From Deltaproteobacteria bacterium (lineage in GTDB: Bacteria > Myxococcota_A > Polyangia > Haliangiales > Haliangiaceae): a DNA stretch of 64,000 nucleotides. Shown here piece by piece: positions 30,503 through 42,125 of this stretch. The position numbers and the translations under genes were made by a program. The stretch lies in contig JANXOM010000279.1 in assembly GCA_025353585.1 (NCBI GenBank), positions 18,009 through 82,008 on the forward strand. The letters run 5' to 3'. Below the pieces are notes generated by a model. That model was given only the letters and a program-made list of their open reading frames with translations. It made no database searches and was not told where the DNA came from. Position 1 is the stretch's first letter; each line of letters opens with the position of its first letter.

Positions 30503-32149
30503 ATGGCGCCGCCGCCGACGACGTTCGCAGACTGGCGCGCCCAGGTCGACAAGGAGCTCGCGGGCGCGAGCTTCGACAAGCTGGTGACGCAGACGCCCGA
30601 GGGCCTGCCGATCCAGCCGCTGTACGTGGACGGGCCCGTGCCCGATGCGGCGACACGCGGGACGCCGCACGCGTTCGGCGTTTGCATGCGGGTGCCGCGC
30701 GGCGATCTGGCGGCGCTCCGCGACGATCTCGACGGCGGGGCGGACGCCGTGTGGATCGAGAGCGGGGATGACGCGGCGGTCTCGGCGGCGGTCGCCGCGA
30801 ACCACACGGTGATCATCGAGGTCGGCCGCCAGCGGCCGCTCGACGCGCTCACCTGGGCCGCGACGCGCTCGGCGCTCTCGCGCGGGCTGCTCGCGTGCGA
30901 TCCGATCAGCGCGGTGGTGCGCGGCGAGCAGACGGCGGCCGAGCTGGCCACGCACCTCGAGGAGCTGCACAGCGTCGCGCGCGATCTGGCGTCGCAGAAG
31001 CCGGCGGTACGCTCGGCGTGTGTCTCGACGCTCGCGGTGCACGAGGCCGGCGCGGATGCGGCCGACGAGCTCGCGCTCGCGCTGTCCTCGGCCGTTGCGC
31101 TCCTGCGCGCTCGCGTTCCGGCGCGCCAGCTGTGGCTGCAGGTGGCCGTCGGGCGCGACACGTTCGGCGAGGTCTGCAAGCTGCGCGCGCTACGCCTGTG
31201 CGTGGCCAAGGTGGTCGCGGCGGCGGGCGGGCCCGATGCGGCGCCGCCGCTCCACGCCGTGTGCAGCACGCGCACGCAGAGCCAGCACGACCCGTGGGTC
31301 AACATGCTGCGCGTGACGACCGAGATCTTCGCCGCCGCGCTGGGCGGGGCCGATCTGATCACGCCGCTCTCGTTCGACGAGGCGCTCGGCCCGGCGTCCG
31401 CCCACGCCCGGCGCGTCGCGCGAAACGCGGCGCTGGTGCTGCGCGAGGAGAGCCACCTCGGCCGCGTCAGCGATCCCGCCGGCGGCAGCTATTACATCGA
31501 GTCGCGCACCGACGCGCTCGCGCGCGAGGCCTGGTCGCGGTTCCAGGCGATCGAGGCCGGCGGCGGCATCGTGGCCCTGCTGGCCTCCGGCGCGCTGCGC
31601 ACGCGCCTCGCCGCGAGCTGGGCCAGGCGCGCCGCCGCCATCGCCCGCCGCCGCGAGCCGATCGTCGGCATCTCCGAGTTCGCCAACCTAGGGGACGGTG
31701 TAGTACCTGTCACCTCTAGTGGTGTACTCACTACACCTCTAGAGGTGACAGGTTCTACACCGTCCCCACGGCATCGCGATGCGGAGGCGTTCGATGCGCT
31801 GCGCGCGCGGCAGCTCGCGACGACGGTCGCGCTCGTGACGCTCGGGCCGCCGAGCGAGCATCGCGGGCGCGTCGGGTTCGCGACGGCGCTGCTGGCCCCG
31901 GCCGGGCTGCGCGCGAGCGAGACGGCGGAGCCAGTGGCGGTCGATGTCGCCGTGATCTGCGGCAGCGACGAGCGCTATGGGACGGAGGCGGCGCCGATGG
32001 CGCAGCGGTTGCGCGCGGCGGGCTGCAAGCACGTGGTCCTCGCGGGCAAGCCCGGCGCGCTCGAGGCGCCGCTGCGCGCGGCCGGCGTGGATCAGTTTGT
32101 GTTTGTCGGCTGCGATGTCCTCGCGGTGCTCGAGGAGATCACGCGATGA
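30503..32149 (+). CDS. mutA: methylmalonyl-CoA mutase small (beta) subunit
   Basis: [41 protein letters not shown] is a MutA-like N-terminus. ATGA overlap with mutB. Contains the 77-nt palindrome at 31691-31767 in frame. Confidence 0.85.
   Translation: MAPPPTTFADWRAQVDKELAGASFDKLVTQTPEGLPIQPLYVDGPVPDAATRGTPHAFGVCMRVPRGDLAALRDDLDGGADAVWIESGDDAAVSAAVAANHTVIIEVGRQRPLDALTWAATRSALSRGLLACDPISAVVRGEQTAAELATHLEELHSVARDLASQKPAVRSACVSTLAVHEAGADAADELALALSSAVALLRARVPARQLWLQVAVGRDTFGEVCKLRALRLCVAKVVAAAGGPDAAPPLHAVCSTRTQSQHDPWVNMLRVTTEIFAAALGGADLITPLSFDEALGPASAHARRVARNAALVLREESHLGRVSDPAGGSYYIESRTDALAREAWSRFQAIEAGGGIVALLASGALRTRLAASWARRAAAIARRREPIVGISEFANLGDGVVPVTSSGVLTTPLEVTGSTPSPRHRDAEAFDALRARQLATTVALVTLGPPSEHRGRVGFATALLAPAGLRASETAEPVAVDVAVICGSDERYGTEAAPMAQRLRAAGCKHVVLAGKPGALEAPLRAAGVDQFVFVGCDVLAVLEEITR
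31691..31767. repeat. 77-nt near-perfect palindrome (36-bp arms, 34/36 paired, 5-nt loop) inside mutA; same family as the 45070-45298 repeats
   Basis: Left arm GGGGACGGTGTAGTACCTGTCACCTCTAGTGGTGTA, loop CTCAC. The right arm is its reverse complement with 2 mismatches. Confidence 0.9.
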
Positions 32150-34317
32150 CCACGCCGAGCAGCACGCTTCCTGATTTTGCGAGCGTCGGGTTCGATGACG
32201 CGGGCACGGGCACGAGCACGGGCACGAGTACGGGCACGGGACCCGAAGCGGCCTGGGAAACCCCCGAAGGCATCGACCACAAGGCCCTCTACACCGCCGC
32301 CGATCTCGCCGGCGTCGAGCACCTCGGCGGCCTGCCCGGCTTCGCGCCGTTCGTCCGCGGCCCCTACCCCACGATGTACGTGCAGAAGCCGTGGACCGTG
32401 CGCCAGTACGCCGGCTTCTCCACCGCCGAGGACAGCAACGCCTTCTACCGCCGCAACCTCGCGGCCGGCCAGATGGGCCTCTCGATCGCGTTCGACCTCG
32501 CCACCCACCGCGGCTACGACAGCGATCACCCCCGCGTCGTCGGCGATGTCGGCATGGCCGGCGTCGCCATCGACTCGATCCTCGACATGCGGATCCTGTT
32601 CGACCGCATCCCGCTCGATAAGATGTCCGTCTCGATGACGATGAACGGCGCCGTCCTGCCGATCCTCGCGCTCTACGTCGTCGCCGCCGAGGAGCAAGGC
32701 GTCGCGCCGGCCGCCCTCACCGGCACGATCCAGAACGACATCCTCAAAGAGTACATGGTGCGGAACACCTATATTTATCCGCCCGCACCGTCGATGAAGA
32801 TCATCGCGGACATCTTCGCCTTCACGGCGAAGCACATGCCGAAGTTCAACTCGATCTCGATCTCCGGCTATCACATGCAGGAGGCCGGCGCGACGGCCGA
32901 CCTCGAGCTCGGCTACACGCTCGCGGATGGCCTCGAGTACATCCGCACCGGCGTCGCGAGCGGCATGTCCGTCGACGCTTTCGCCCCGCGCCTCTCGTTC
33001 TTCTTCGCGATCGGCATGAACTTCTTCATGGAGGTCGCGAAGCTCCGCGCCGCGCGCCTCCTGTGGGCCGAGCTCGTCGCCCGCTTCGAGCCGAAGAGCG
33101 CGAAGAGCCTCGCCCTCCGCACGCTCTGCCAGACGAGCGGCTGGTCGCTCACCGCGCAGGACGTCTACAACAACGTCGCGCGCACGGCCGTCGAGGCGAT
33201 GGCCGCCACGCAGGGCCACACGCAGAGCCTGCACACCAACTCGCTCGACGAGGCGCTCGCCCTGCCGACGGACTTCTCCGCGCGCATCGCGCGCAACACG
33301 CAGCTGCAGCTGCAGCTCGAGTCCAACACCACGCGCCCCGTCGATCCGTGGGGCGGCAGCTACTACGTCGAGCGGCTCACGCACGAGCTCGCGGCCCGCG
33401 CGCGCGCCCACATCGCCGAGGTCGAGCAGCTCGGCGGCATGGTCAAGGCGATCGAAGCGGGCGTGCCGAAGCTCCGCATCGAGGAGGCCGCCGCGCGCAC
33501 GCAGGCCCGCATCGACAGCGGCCGCCAGAAGATCGTCGGCGTGAACTGCTGGAAGCCGACGACGAAGGAGACCGTCCCCGTCCTCAAGGTCGACAACGCC
33601 GCCGTGCGCAGGACGCAGATCGAGCGCCTCGAGCAGCTGCGCCGCGAGCGCGATCAGGGCGCCGTCGATCGCACGCTCGCCGCGCTCACCGCGTGCGCCG
33701 AGTCCAGCGAGGGCAACCTCCTCGCGGTCGCGATCGACGCCGCCCGCGCGCGCGCCTCCGTCGGCGAGATCACGTGGGCGCTCGAGAAGGTCTGGGGCCG
33801 CCATCGCGCGGAGATCCACGCCATCTCCGGCGTGTACAGTGGCGAGGTGGGCGAGTCCTCCGAGCAGGTCACGCGCGTCCGCGGTCGCACCGCCGCGTTC
33901 CTCGCGCGCGAGGGCCGCCGCCCGCGCATCCTGATCGCGAAGATGGGCCAGGACGGCCACGACCGCGGGCAAAAGGTCATCGCGTCGGCGTTCGCGGACC
34001 TCGGCTTCGACGTCGACATCGGGCCGCTGTTCCAGACGCCGGAGGAGACGGCGCGCGCGGCCGTCGAGAACGACGTGCACGTCATCGGCGCGAGCTCGCT
34101 GGCCGCAGGACACCTGACGCTCATCCCCGCGCTGCGGGCCGCGCTCGCCGCGCTCGGGCGGCCGGACATCCTCGTCGTCGTCGGCGGCGTCATCCCGCCC
34201 GACGACTACCAGACGTTGCGCGAGATGGGCGCGGCCGACATCTTTGGCCCCGCCACGGTGATCGCGGACGCGGCCGTCGCGTTGATCGACCGGCTCGAGC
34301 AGGCCGAAGAGGCATGA
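32146..34317 (+). CDS. mutB: methylmalonyl-CoA mutase large (alpha) subunit
   Basis: [59 protein letters not shown] and C-terminal B12 domain ([13 protein letters not shown]). Confidence 0.93.
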   Translation: MTTPSSTLPDFASVGFDDAGTGTSTGTSTGTGPEAAWETPEGIDHKALYTAADLAGVEHLGGLPGFAPFVRGPYPTMYVQKPWTVRQYAGFSTAEDSNAFYRRNLAAGQMGLSIAFDLATHRGYDSDHPRVVGDVGMAGVAIDSILDMRILFDRIPLDKMSVSMTMNGAVLPILALYVVAAEEQGVAPAALTGTIQNDILKEYMVRNTYIYPPAPSMKIIADIFAFTAKHMPKFNSISISGYHMQEAGATADLELGYTLADGLEYIRTGVASGMSVDAFAPRLSFFFAIGMNFFMEVAKLRAARLLWAELVARFEPKSAKSLALRTLCQTSGWSLTAQDVYNNVARTAVEAMAATQGHTQSLHTNSLDEALALPTDFSARIARNTQLQLQLESNTTRPVDPWGGSYYVERLTHELAARARAHIAEVEQLGGMVKAIEAGVPKLRIEEAAARTQARIDSGRQKIVGVNCWKPTTKETVPVLKVDNAAVRRTQIERLEQLRRERDQGAVDRTLAALTACAESSEGNLLAVAIDAARARASVGEITWALEKVWGRHRAEIHAISGVYSGEVGESSEQVTRVRGRTAAFLAREGRRPRILIAKMGQDGHDRGQKVIASAFADLGFDVDIGPLFQTPEETARAAVENDVHVIGASSLAAGHLTLIPALRAALAALGRPDILVVVGGVIPPDDYQTLREMGAADIFGPATVIADAAVALIDRLEQAEEA

Positions 34318-35321
34318 GCGTGCGGCGCCCGCGCCTGGCGCTCGCCGAGTACGAGCGCGGCGTGCGCGCGTGCGAGCGCGGCGTGCTGGCGCAGGCGGTG
34401 ACGCTGATCGAGAGCCGCGATCCGGCGGACGGCGTGCTCGCGCAGCAGCTGCTCACCGCGCTCCTGCCCGCGACCGGCGGCGCGCATCGCGTCGGCATCA
34501 CGGGCGTGCCGGGCGTCGGCAAGAGCACGTTCATCGACGAGCTCGGCATGCGGCTCGTCGCCGCGGGCAAGCGCGTGGCCGTGCTCGCGATCGATCCGTC
34601 GAGCCAGGTCTCGGGCGGCTCGATCCTCGGCGACAAGACGCGCATGCAGCGCCTCGCGCTCGAGCCGGCCGCGTTCATCCGGCCGTCGCCGAGCAGCCTG
34701 TCGCCGGGCGGCGTGGCGCGGCGCACGCGGGAGACGATGCTCCTGTGCGAGGCAGCGGGGTTCGACGTCGTGCTCGTCGAGACGGTCGGCGTCGGCCAGG
34801 GCGAGACGGCGGTCGCCGACATCGTGGACTTCTTCCTCGTGCTCGCGCTGCCGGGCGCGGGCGACGAGCTGCAGGGGATCAAGAAGGGCGTGTTCGAGCT
34901 CGCGGATGCGCTCGCGGTGAACAAGGCGGATGGCGACGGCGCTCAGCGCGCGCGGCTCGCGCTGTCGGAGCTGCGGAGCGCGCTGCGGTACTTGCCGCGG
35001 CGCCGGCCGAGCTGGCCGACGCGCGCCGTCGCGATCAGCGGGCTGTCGGGCGCGGGGATGGACGAGCTGTGGGCGCTCGTCGAGGAGCACCGGCGCACGC
35101 TGGCCGCGACGGGCGAGCTGGCGCTCCTGCGCGCGGAGCAGCAGCGGACGTGGATGTGGGCGCTCATCCGCGAGCGGCTCGAGGACCGGTTCCGCCGCGC
35201 GCCGGCGGTGGTCGCGGAGCTCGCGCGCCTCGAGGCGGCCGTCCAGGCGGGGACGCTGACGTCGACGGCCGCCGCCGACGAGCTCCTCGCGGTGTACGAC
35301 GATCGTGCGAGCGGGGATTGA
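34314..35321 (+). CDS. meaB: methylmalonyl-CoA mutase-associated GTPase
   Basis: [10 protein letters not shown]-loop, [34 protein letters not shown] overlap with mutB. Confidence 0.9.
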   Translation: MSVRRPRLALAEYERGVRACERGVLAQAVTLIESRDPADGVLAQQLLTALLPATGGAHRVGITGVPGVGKSTFIDELGMRLVAAGKRVAVLAIDPSSQVSGGSILGDKTRMQRLALEPAAFIRPSPSSLSPGGVARRTRETMLLCEAAGFDVVLVETVGVGQGETAVADIVDFFLVLALPGAGDELQGIKKGVFELADALAVNKADGDGAQRARLALSELRSALRYLPRRRPSWPTRAVAISGLSGAGMDELWALVEEHRRTLAATGELALLRAEQQRTWMWALIRERLEDRFRRAPAVVAELARLEAAVQAGTLTSTAAADELLAVYDDRASGD

Positions 35322-35380
35322 CCGCCACGCCGCCAAGGCCGCCAAGCCAGAGCCTGGGCTTGGCGGCTTGGCGGTTGATC
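35316..35380. repeat. palindromic GCCAAG-rich element (hairpin) between convergent genes, containing the meaB stop codon
   Basis: GATTGACCGCCACGCCGCCAAGGCCGCCAAGCC...GGCTTGGCGGCTTGGCGGTTGATC. The first 23 nt recur with 1 mismatch at 52664-52686. Confidence 0.8.
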
Positions 35381-35383
35381 CGG

Positions 35384-36205
35384 CTAGGGCGCGGGTGCGG
35401 GTGCCGGTGCGGACCCGTGGCACGCCGGCAGGCCGGCCGGAAGCTCGAGGGAGAACTTGGCGGCGTCGATGGTCGGGTTGACCTTGAGCTCCTTCCACTC
35501 GACGAGCACGTCGGCCTGCTCGCGCGGCGACTTGAACCGCGACTTGCCCGGCACGCGCTGCTTGCCGTGCGTGGCGTCGTCGTCCACCTCGTGGAAGTCC
35601 GCGTTCTCGACCGCCCACACCGTCTTGCCGTCGGGGGCGACGAGCTCGCTCGACACCACGTCCCAGTGGCCATCGCGCGTGTCGATCGCCAGCTGCTGCG
35701 TGCCCTCGGCCGCCGTCAGCTCCACGCGCTCGAGCCCCTTGTCGCCATCCCACGTGACCTTGCCCGTCGGGCTCGTCATCACCGGCGGCGTCCCGAGCGC
35801 GAGGTGCAGGAAGTCATCCGGCGCGAGCTCGATGTGCAGGAGCTCCGCGATCGTCTGGCGGTCGCACGGGCCGAGCAGCTCGCAGTTGTGCTGCTTGTCG
35901 AGGAGCTTGAAGCCGCTGCCGTCGCACGCGAGGTCCACGAGCACCTCGCCGCCCGCCGGCGAGAGCCCGTTGAAGCGCACCTTCGCGCCCGTCTGGCCCA
36001 TCACGAGCACGCTCGTCTTCACGCGGTCCTTGCCGAGCCAGTAGTCCATCACGCTCTCGCCCACGAACCCCGTCCGCGCGTCGCGCGCCGCGGCGAGCTT
36101 CGTCACCACGTCGGCCGCGCTCTCGCGCGCACCCGTCGGCACGTCGCCGCCATGCGGACAGCCCGCCAGCACCCCGAGCGCGATCACCGCGAGCAGTCTC
36201 GTCAT
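35384..36205 (-). CDS. lipoprotein, unknown function
   Basis: 273 aa from MTRLLAVIALGVLAGC (lipobox). The remainder of the 933-aa track ORF is antisense noise over the peptidase gene. Confidence 0.8.
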   Translation of the reverse strand: MTRLLAVIALGVLAGCPHGGDVPTGARESAADVVTKLAAARDARTGFVGESVMDYWLGKDRVKTSVLVMGQTGAKVRFNGLSPAGGEVLVDLACDGSGFKLLDKQHNCELLGPCDRQTIAELLHIELAPDDFLHLALGTPPVMTSPTGKVTWDGDKGLERVELTAAEGTQQLAIDTRDGHWDVVSSELVAPDGKTVWAVENADFHEVDDDATHGKQRVPGKSRFKSPREQADVLVEWKELKVNPTIDAAKFSLELPAGLPACHGSAPAPAPAP

Positions 36206-36255
36206 ACGCGCGGTGATAGCAGAGCCCCGCCGCGCGCGCTTGGAGTGTGCGCCCG

Positions 36256-38301
<2,046 letters not shown>

Positions 38302-38320
38302 GGGCGCAGCGTACCCGCTG

Positions 38321-38760
38321 TCAGATGGAACTGCCGTACTGCGGGAGCTCGATGCGCCAGCGGCCGTCCACGCGCACGAGGTCCACGCGCGCGCGCCCCG
38401 CCGGCGCCACCACTTCCACGATCGCGTGATCGCCGCGCTCCTCGACGACCGTGATGTCCGTCGGCGTCGCCGCCGCATCGGTGCTGCCGATCGAGACGAG
38501 GTCCTTGGCGGAGTAGCGCACGGCCGCGCCGACGAGATCCGTCGCGCGCTTGGCCTGCGCGGCGAGCCGCTCGCGGGTGTCGGGCGCGAGGAGCGCGAAC
38601 ACCGCGTCGCGGTCCATCGTCTTCGCGGCCTGGAACATGTCGCGCACCGCGGCCTCGGGGCCCGGCTCGCTCACGCGGCAGCTCCGCCCGGCGACGGCCG
38701 CCGCGAGCGCCATCGCCGCGAGCGCGCTCGCGATCGCCGCCGTCGTGGTGCGCCGCGAGG

Positions 38761-38776
<16 letters not shown>
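38321..38776 (-). CDS. secreted or membrane-anchored hypothetical protein
   Basis: 151 aa from MALALTSRRTTTAAIASALAAMALAAAVA. GC3 bias. 16-nt overlap with the end of trpS. Confidence 0.6.
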
Positions 38777-39753
<977 letters not shown>

Positions 39754-39820
39754 GCGGCGTTCTGTGTACTTGTGGACCTCGGTAGCGTCAACTAAACTCG
39801 GATCTCTCGTCGGAGGACGT

Positions 39821-40837
39821 ATGCGACAACGCCTTGCAGTGTGGCTCGGTGCGGTAGGGCTGTCGCTGGTCGTATCCGGGTGCGTGATCGCCCAGCCGGA
39901 CCCGATCCAGCCCGTGAACCCGAGCTACGGGTTCGCGCCGGCGAGGGGGGACGCGATGGTGGGCGAGCCCTCGCCCTACGAGGTCTCGAGCATGCCGCCC
40001 GAGCCGCTGTACGAGCAGATGTCCGCATCGCCGGGCTACGGCTACGTATGGATCGACGGCTACTGGCACTGGAACGGCTACGAATGGGTGTGGGTCAGCG
40101 GCCGCTGGGAGCGCGAGCAGGAGGGCTACGCGTACGTGCAGCCCTACTACGCGTTCAACGAAGGCGCGTACGTCTACACGCCGGGTTACTGGCGCAACCA
40201 GCGCGACCTGCCGGCGGGCTGGGCGGTCGGCAGCCGCGGCGATGGGCGCCCGACGATCGTGCGCCCGCCCACGGGCTGGCATCCGAACCCGGGCGGCGGT
40301 CGCCCGGGTCCATCGGGTGGCGGCGGCATCGGCTCGCGCAACCCCGGGCAGTACGTGCCGCCGGGCCATTACCCGACGGGGCCGAACCGCCCCAACCCGA
40401 ACCAGCCGGGCGGCCCGACGCGCCCGCCGGTCTCGTATCAGCCGCCGCCGTACCAGGGCGGCAACAGCGGCACGCGCCAGGCGCCGGTCCAGCCGAGCGC
40501 GCCCGAGGAGCCGCCGCCGCGGTACACGCCGCCGGCGCACGTCCCGACCGGGCCGAACACGCAGGGACACGAGCCGTACAATCCGCCGCCGGTCTACACG
40601 CCGCCGCCGACGCGCGCCCCGAACGGCCCCACGCAGAACGAGCAGCAGCCGTACGCGCCGCCGATCCTCGAGCGCCAGCCGCCGCACCAGGCGCCGGTGC
40701 CCATCCGCAACGAGCCCATTCGCAACGAGCCCATTCGCAACGAGCCCGCGCGGCAGGCGCCGCCAACGCAGGCCCCGCCGCAGCAACAGGCACCGCAGGC
40801 ACCCGCCCCGACGCACCCGGCGGGCCGTCACCGCTGA
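39821..40837 (+). CDS. lipoprotein with WxxGxW-type repeat domain and long Pro-rich tail
   Basis: MRQRLAVWLGAVGLSLVVSGC lipobox. GYVWIDGYWHWNGYEWVWVSGRW. Pro/Gln/Asn-rich C-terminus including three IRNEP units. Confidence 0.8.
   Translation: MRQRLAVWLGAVGLSLVVSGCVIAQPDPIQPVNPSYGFAPARGDAMVGEPSPYEVSSMPPEPLYEQMSASPGYGYVWIDGYWHWNGYEWVWVSGRWEREQEGYAYVQPYYAFNEGAYVYTPGYWRNQRDLPAGWAVGSRGDGRPTIVRPPTGWHPNPGGGRPGPSGGGGIGSRNPGQYVPPGHYPTGPNRPNPNQPGGPTRPPVSYQPPPYQGGNSGTRQAPVQPSAPEEPPPRYTPPAHVPTGPNTQGHEPYNPPPVYTPPPTRAPNGPTQNEQQPYAPPILERQPPHQAPVPIRNEPIRNEPIRNEPARQAPPTQAPPQQQAPQAPAPTHPAGRHR
40703..40747 (+). repeat. three tandem 15-nt units encoding IRNEP
   Basis: atccgcaacgagccc / attcgcaacgagccc / attcgcaacgagccc. 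Confidence 0.9.
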
Positions 40838-40850
40838 CGTCGCCGGGTGG

Positions 40851-41013
40851 AGCGCGGGTAGCCGCTTACCGCAGAGCCGCCGAGGTCGCGGAGAATGGGG
40901 AGCCCAGAGCGGAATGGGTTGCGAGCCGGGCGCTCCTGGAGCCAACCCAGTCTCCTCTCGGGTCGTCACTCTCCGCGACCTCGGCGACTCTGCGGTGAGC
41001 GTTGGCCCGCGCT
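40851..41013. repeat. about 160-bp extended imperfect hairpin element between convergent genes; homologous to 63680-63859
   Basis: The 35-nt arms 40863-40897 and 40967-41001 pair at 32/35 positions. There is further pairing outside and inside the arms. The 15-mer CCGCTTACCGCAGAG is shared with 63691-63705. Confidence 0.85.
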
Positions 41014-41036
41014 CTTTCCGAGGGCGGACCTGGCGT

Positions 41037-42116
41037 CTATTCGACCCGCAGCGCCCGCTCGAACTCTTCCGGGTTGGAGCTGGCGTAAATCGCCGTCTCC
41101 ATCGAGATGAGTCCGGCGTTGACCAGGTCGATCAGGTGCTGGTCGAAGAGCTGCATCGAGTACAGGTCGCGGCCCTTGCGGATGAGCTCCGGGATATCCG
41201 TGAGCCGGCCGCTGCGGACGCACTCGCGAATGGTCCGCGTGACGCGCAGGATCTCGACCGCGGGCAGCCGGCGGCGACCGTCCTTGCTCGCGAGCAAGCG
41301 CAGCGACACGATGGCCTGCAAACAGTCGCCGAGGCGGTCGCGGATGACGTCCTGCTCGTCGGTCTCGAACAGGCCGACGTAGCGCTGGATCGTCGCCACC
41401 GCGTCCGGCGTGTGGATCGCGCTGAGCACGAGGTGGCCGGTCTCGGCCGCGCGCAAGCACGTGGCCGCCGTCTCGCGATCCCGGATCTCGCCGACGAGGA
41501 TCACGTCTGGATCCTGGCGCATCGCCGCCGTCAGCGCGTCGCGGAAGCTCTCCGTATCCGCGCCGATCTCGCGCTGGATGATCATGCACTTCTGCGGCTC
41601 GTGGATGAACTCGATCGGATCTTCGACGGTGACGATGTGCGCGTGCCGCGTCTCGTTGATGTAGCGCAGCATCGCGGCCATCGACGTGGTCTTACCGTTG
41701 CCCGTCGCGCCGGTGATCAGCACGAGGCCGCGGCGCGCGTCTGCGATCTCGGCGAGCACGGGCGGCAGGTTCAGCTGCTCGATCGAGAGCACCTGGATCG
41801 GGATCAGCCGCATCACGATGCCGACCGAGCCGCGCTGGCGGAAGATCGACGCGCGGAACCGACCGCGCTGCGCGAGCGAGTACGAGACGTCGATCTCGGT
41901 GAAGCGGCGCGTGAAGTCGACGGTGATGCTGCGATCCTCGAGGATCATCCGCGCGATCGCCTCGGTGTCGTGCGGCGTCAGCGGCGGGACCTTGATCGCG
42001 CCGAGCAGCTCGCCGTGCAGACGGTAGTGCGGCGGGTAGCCAACCTCGAAGTGGATGTCGGACACCCCACGCTCGATGCCGAACGCGAGGAGCTTGTGAA
42101 AGGCATTCCGATCCAT
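41037..42116 (-). CDS. pilT: type IV pilus retraction ATPase, PilT/PilU family
   Basis: Walker [10 protein letters not shown], Asp box, Walker [10 protein letters not shown], His box. 359 aa. Confidence 0.9.
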   Translation of the reverse strand: MDRNAFHKLLAFGIERGVSDIHFEVGYPPHYRLHGELLGAIKVPPLTPHDTEAIARMILEDRSITVDFTRRFTEIDVSYSLAQRGRFRASIFRQRGSVGIVMRLIPIQVLSIEQLNLPPVLAEIADARRGLVLITGATGNGKTTSMAAMLRYINETRHAHIVTVEDPIEFIHEPQKCMIIQREIGADTESFRDALTAAMRQDPDVILVGEIRDRETAATCLRAAETGHLVLSAIHTPDAVATIQRYVGLFETDEQDVIRDRLGDCLQAIVSLRLLASKDGRRRLPAVEILRVTRTIRECVRSGRLTDIPELIRKGRDLYSMQLFDQHLIDLVNAGLISMETAIYASSNPEEFERALRVE

Positions 42117-42125
42117 AACGGCGAG

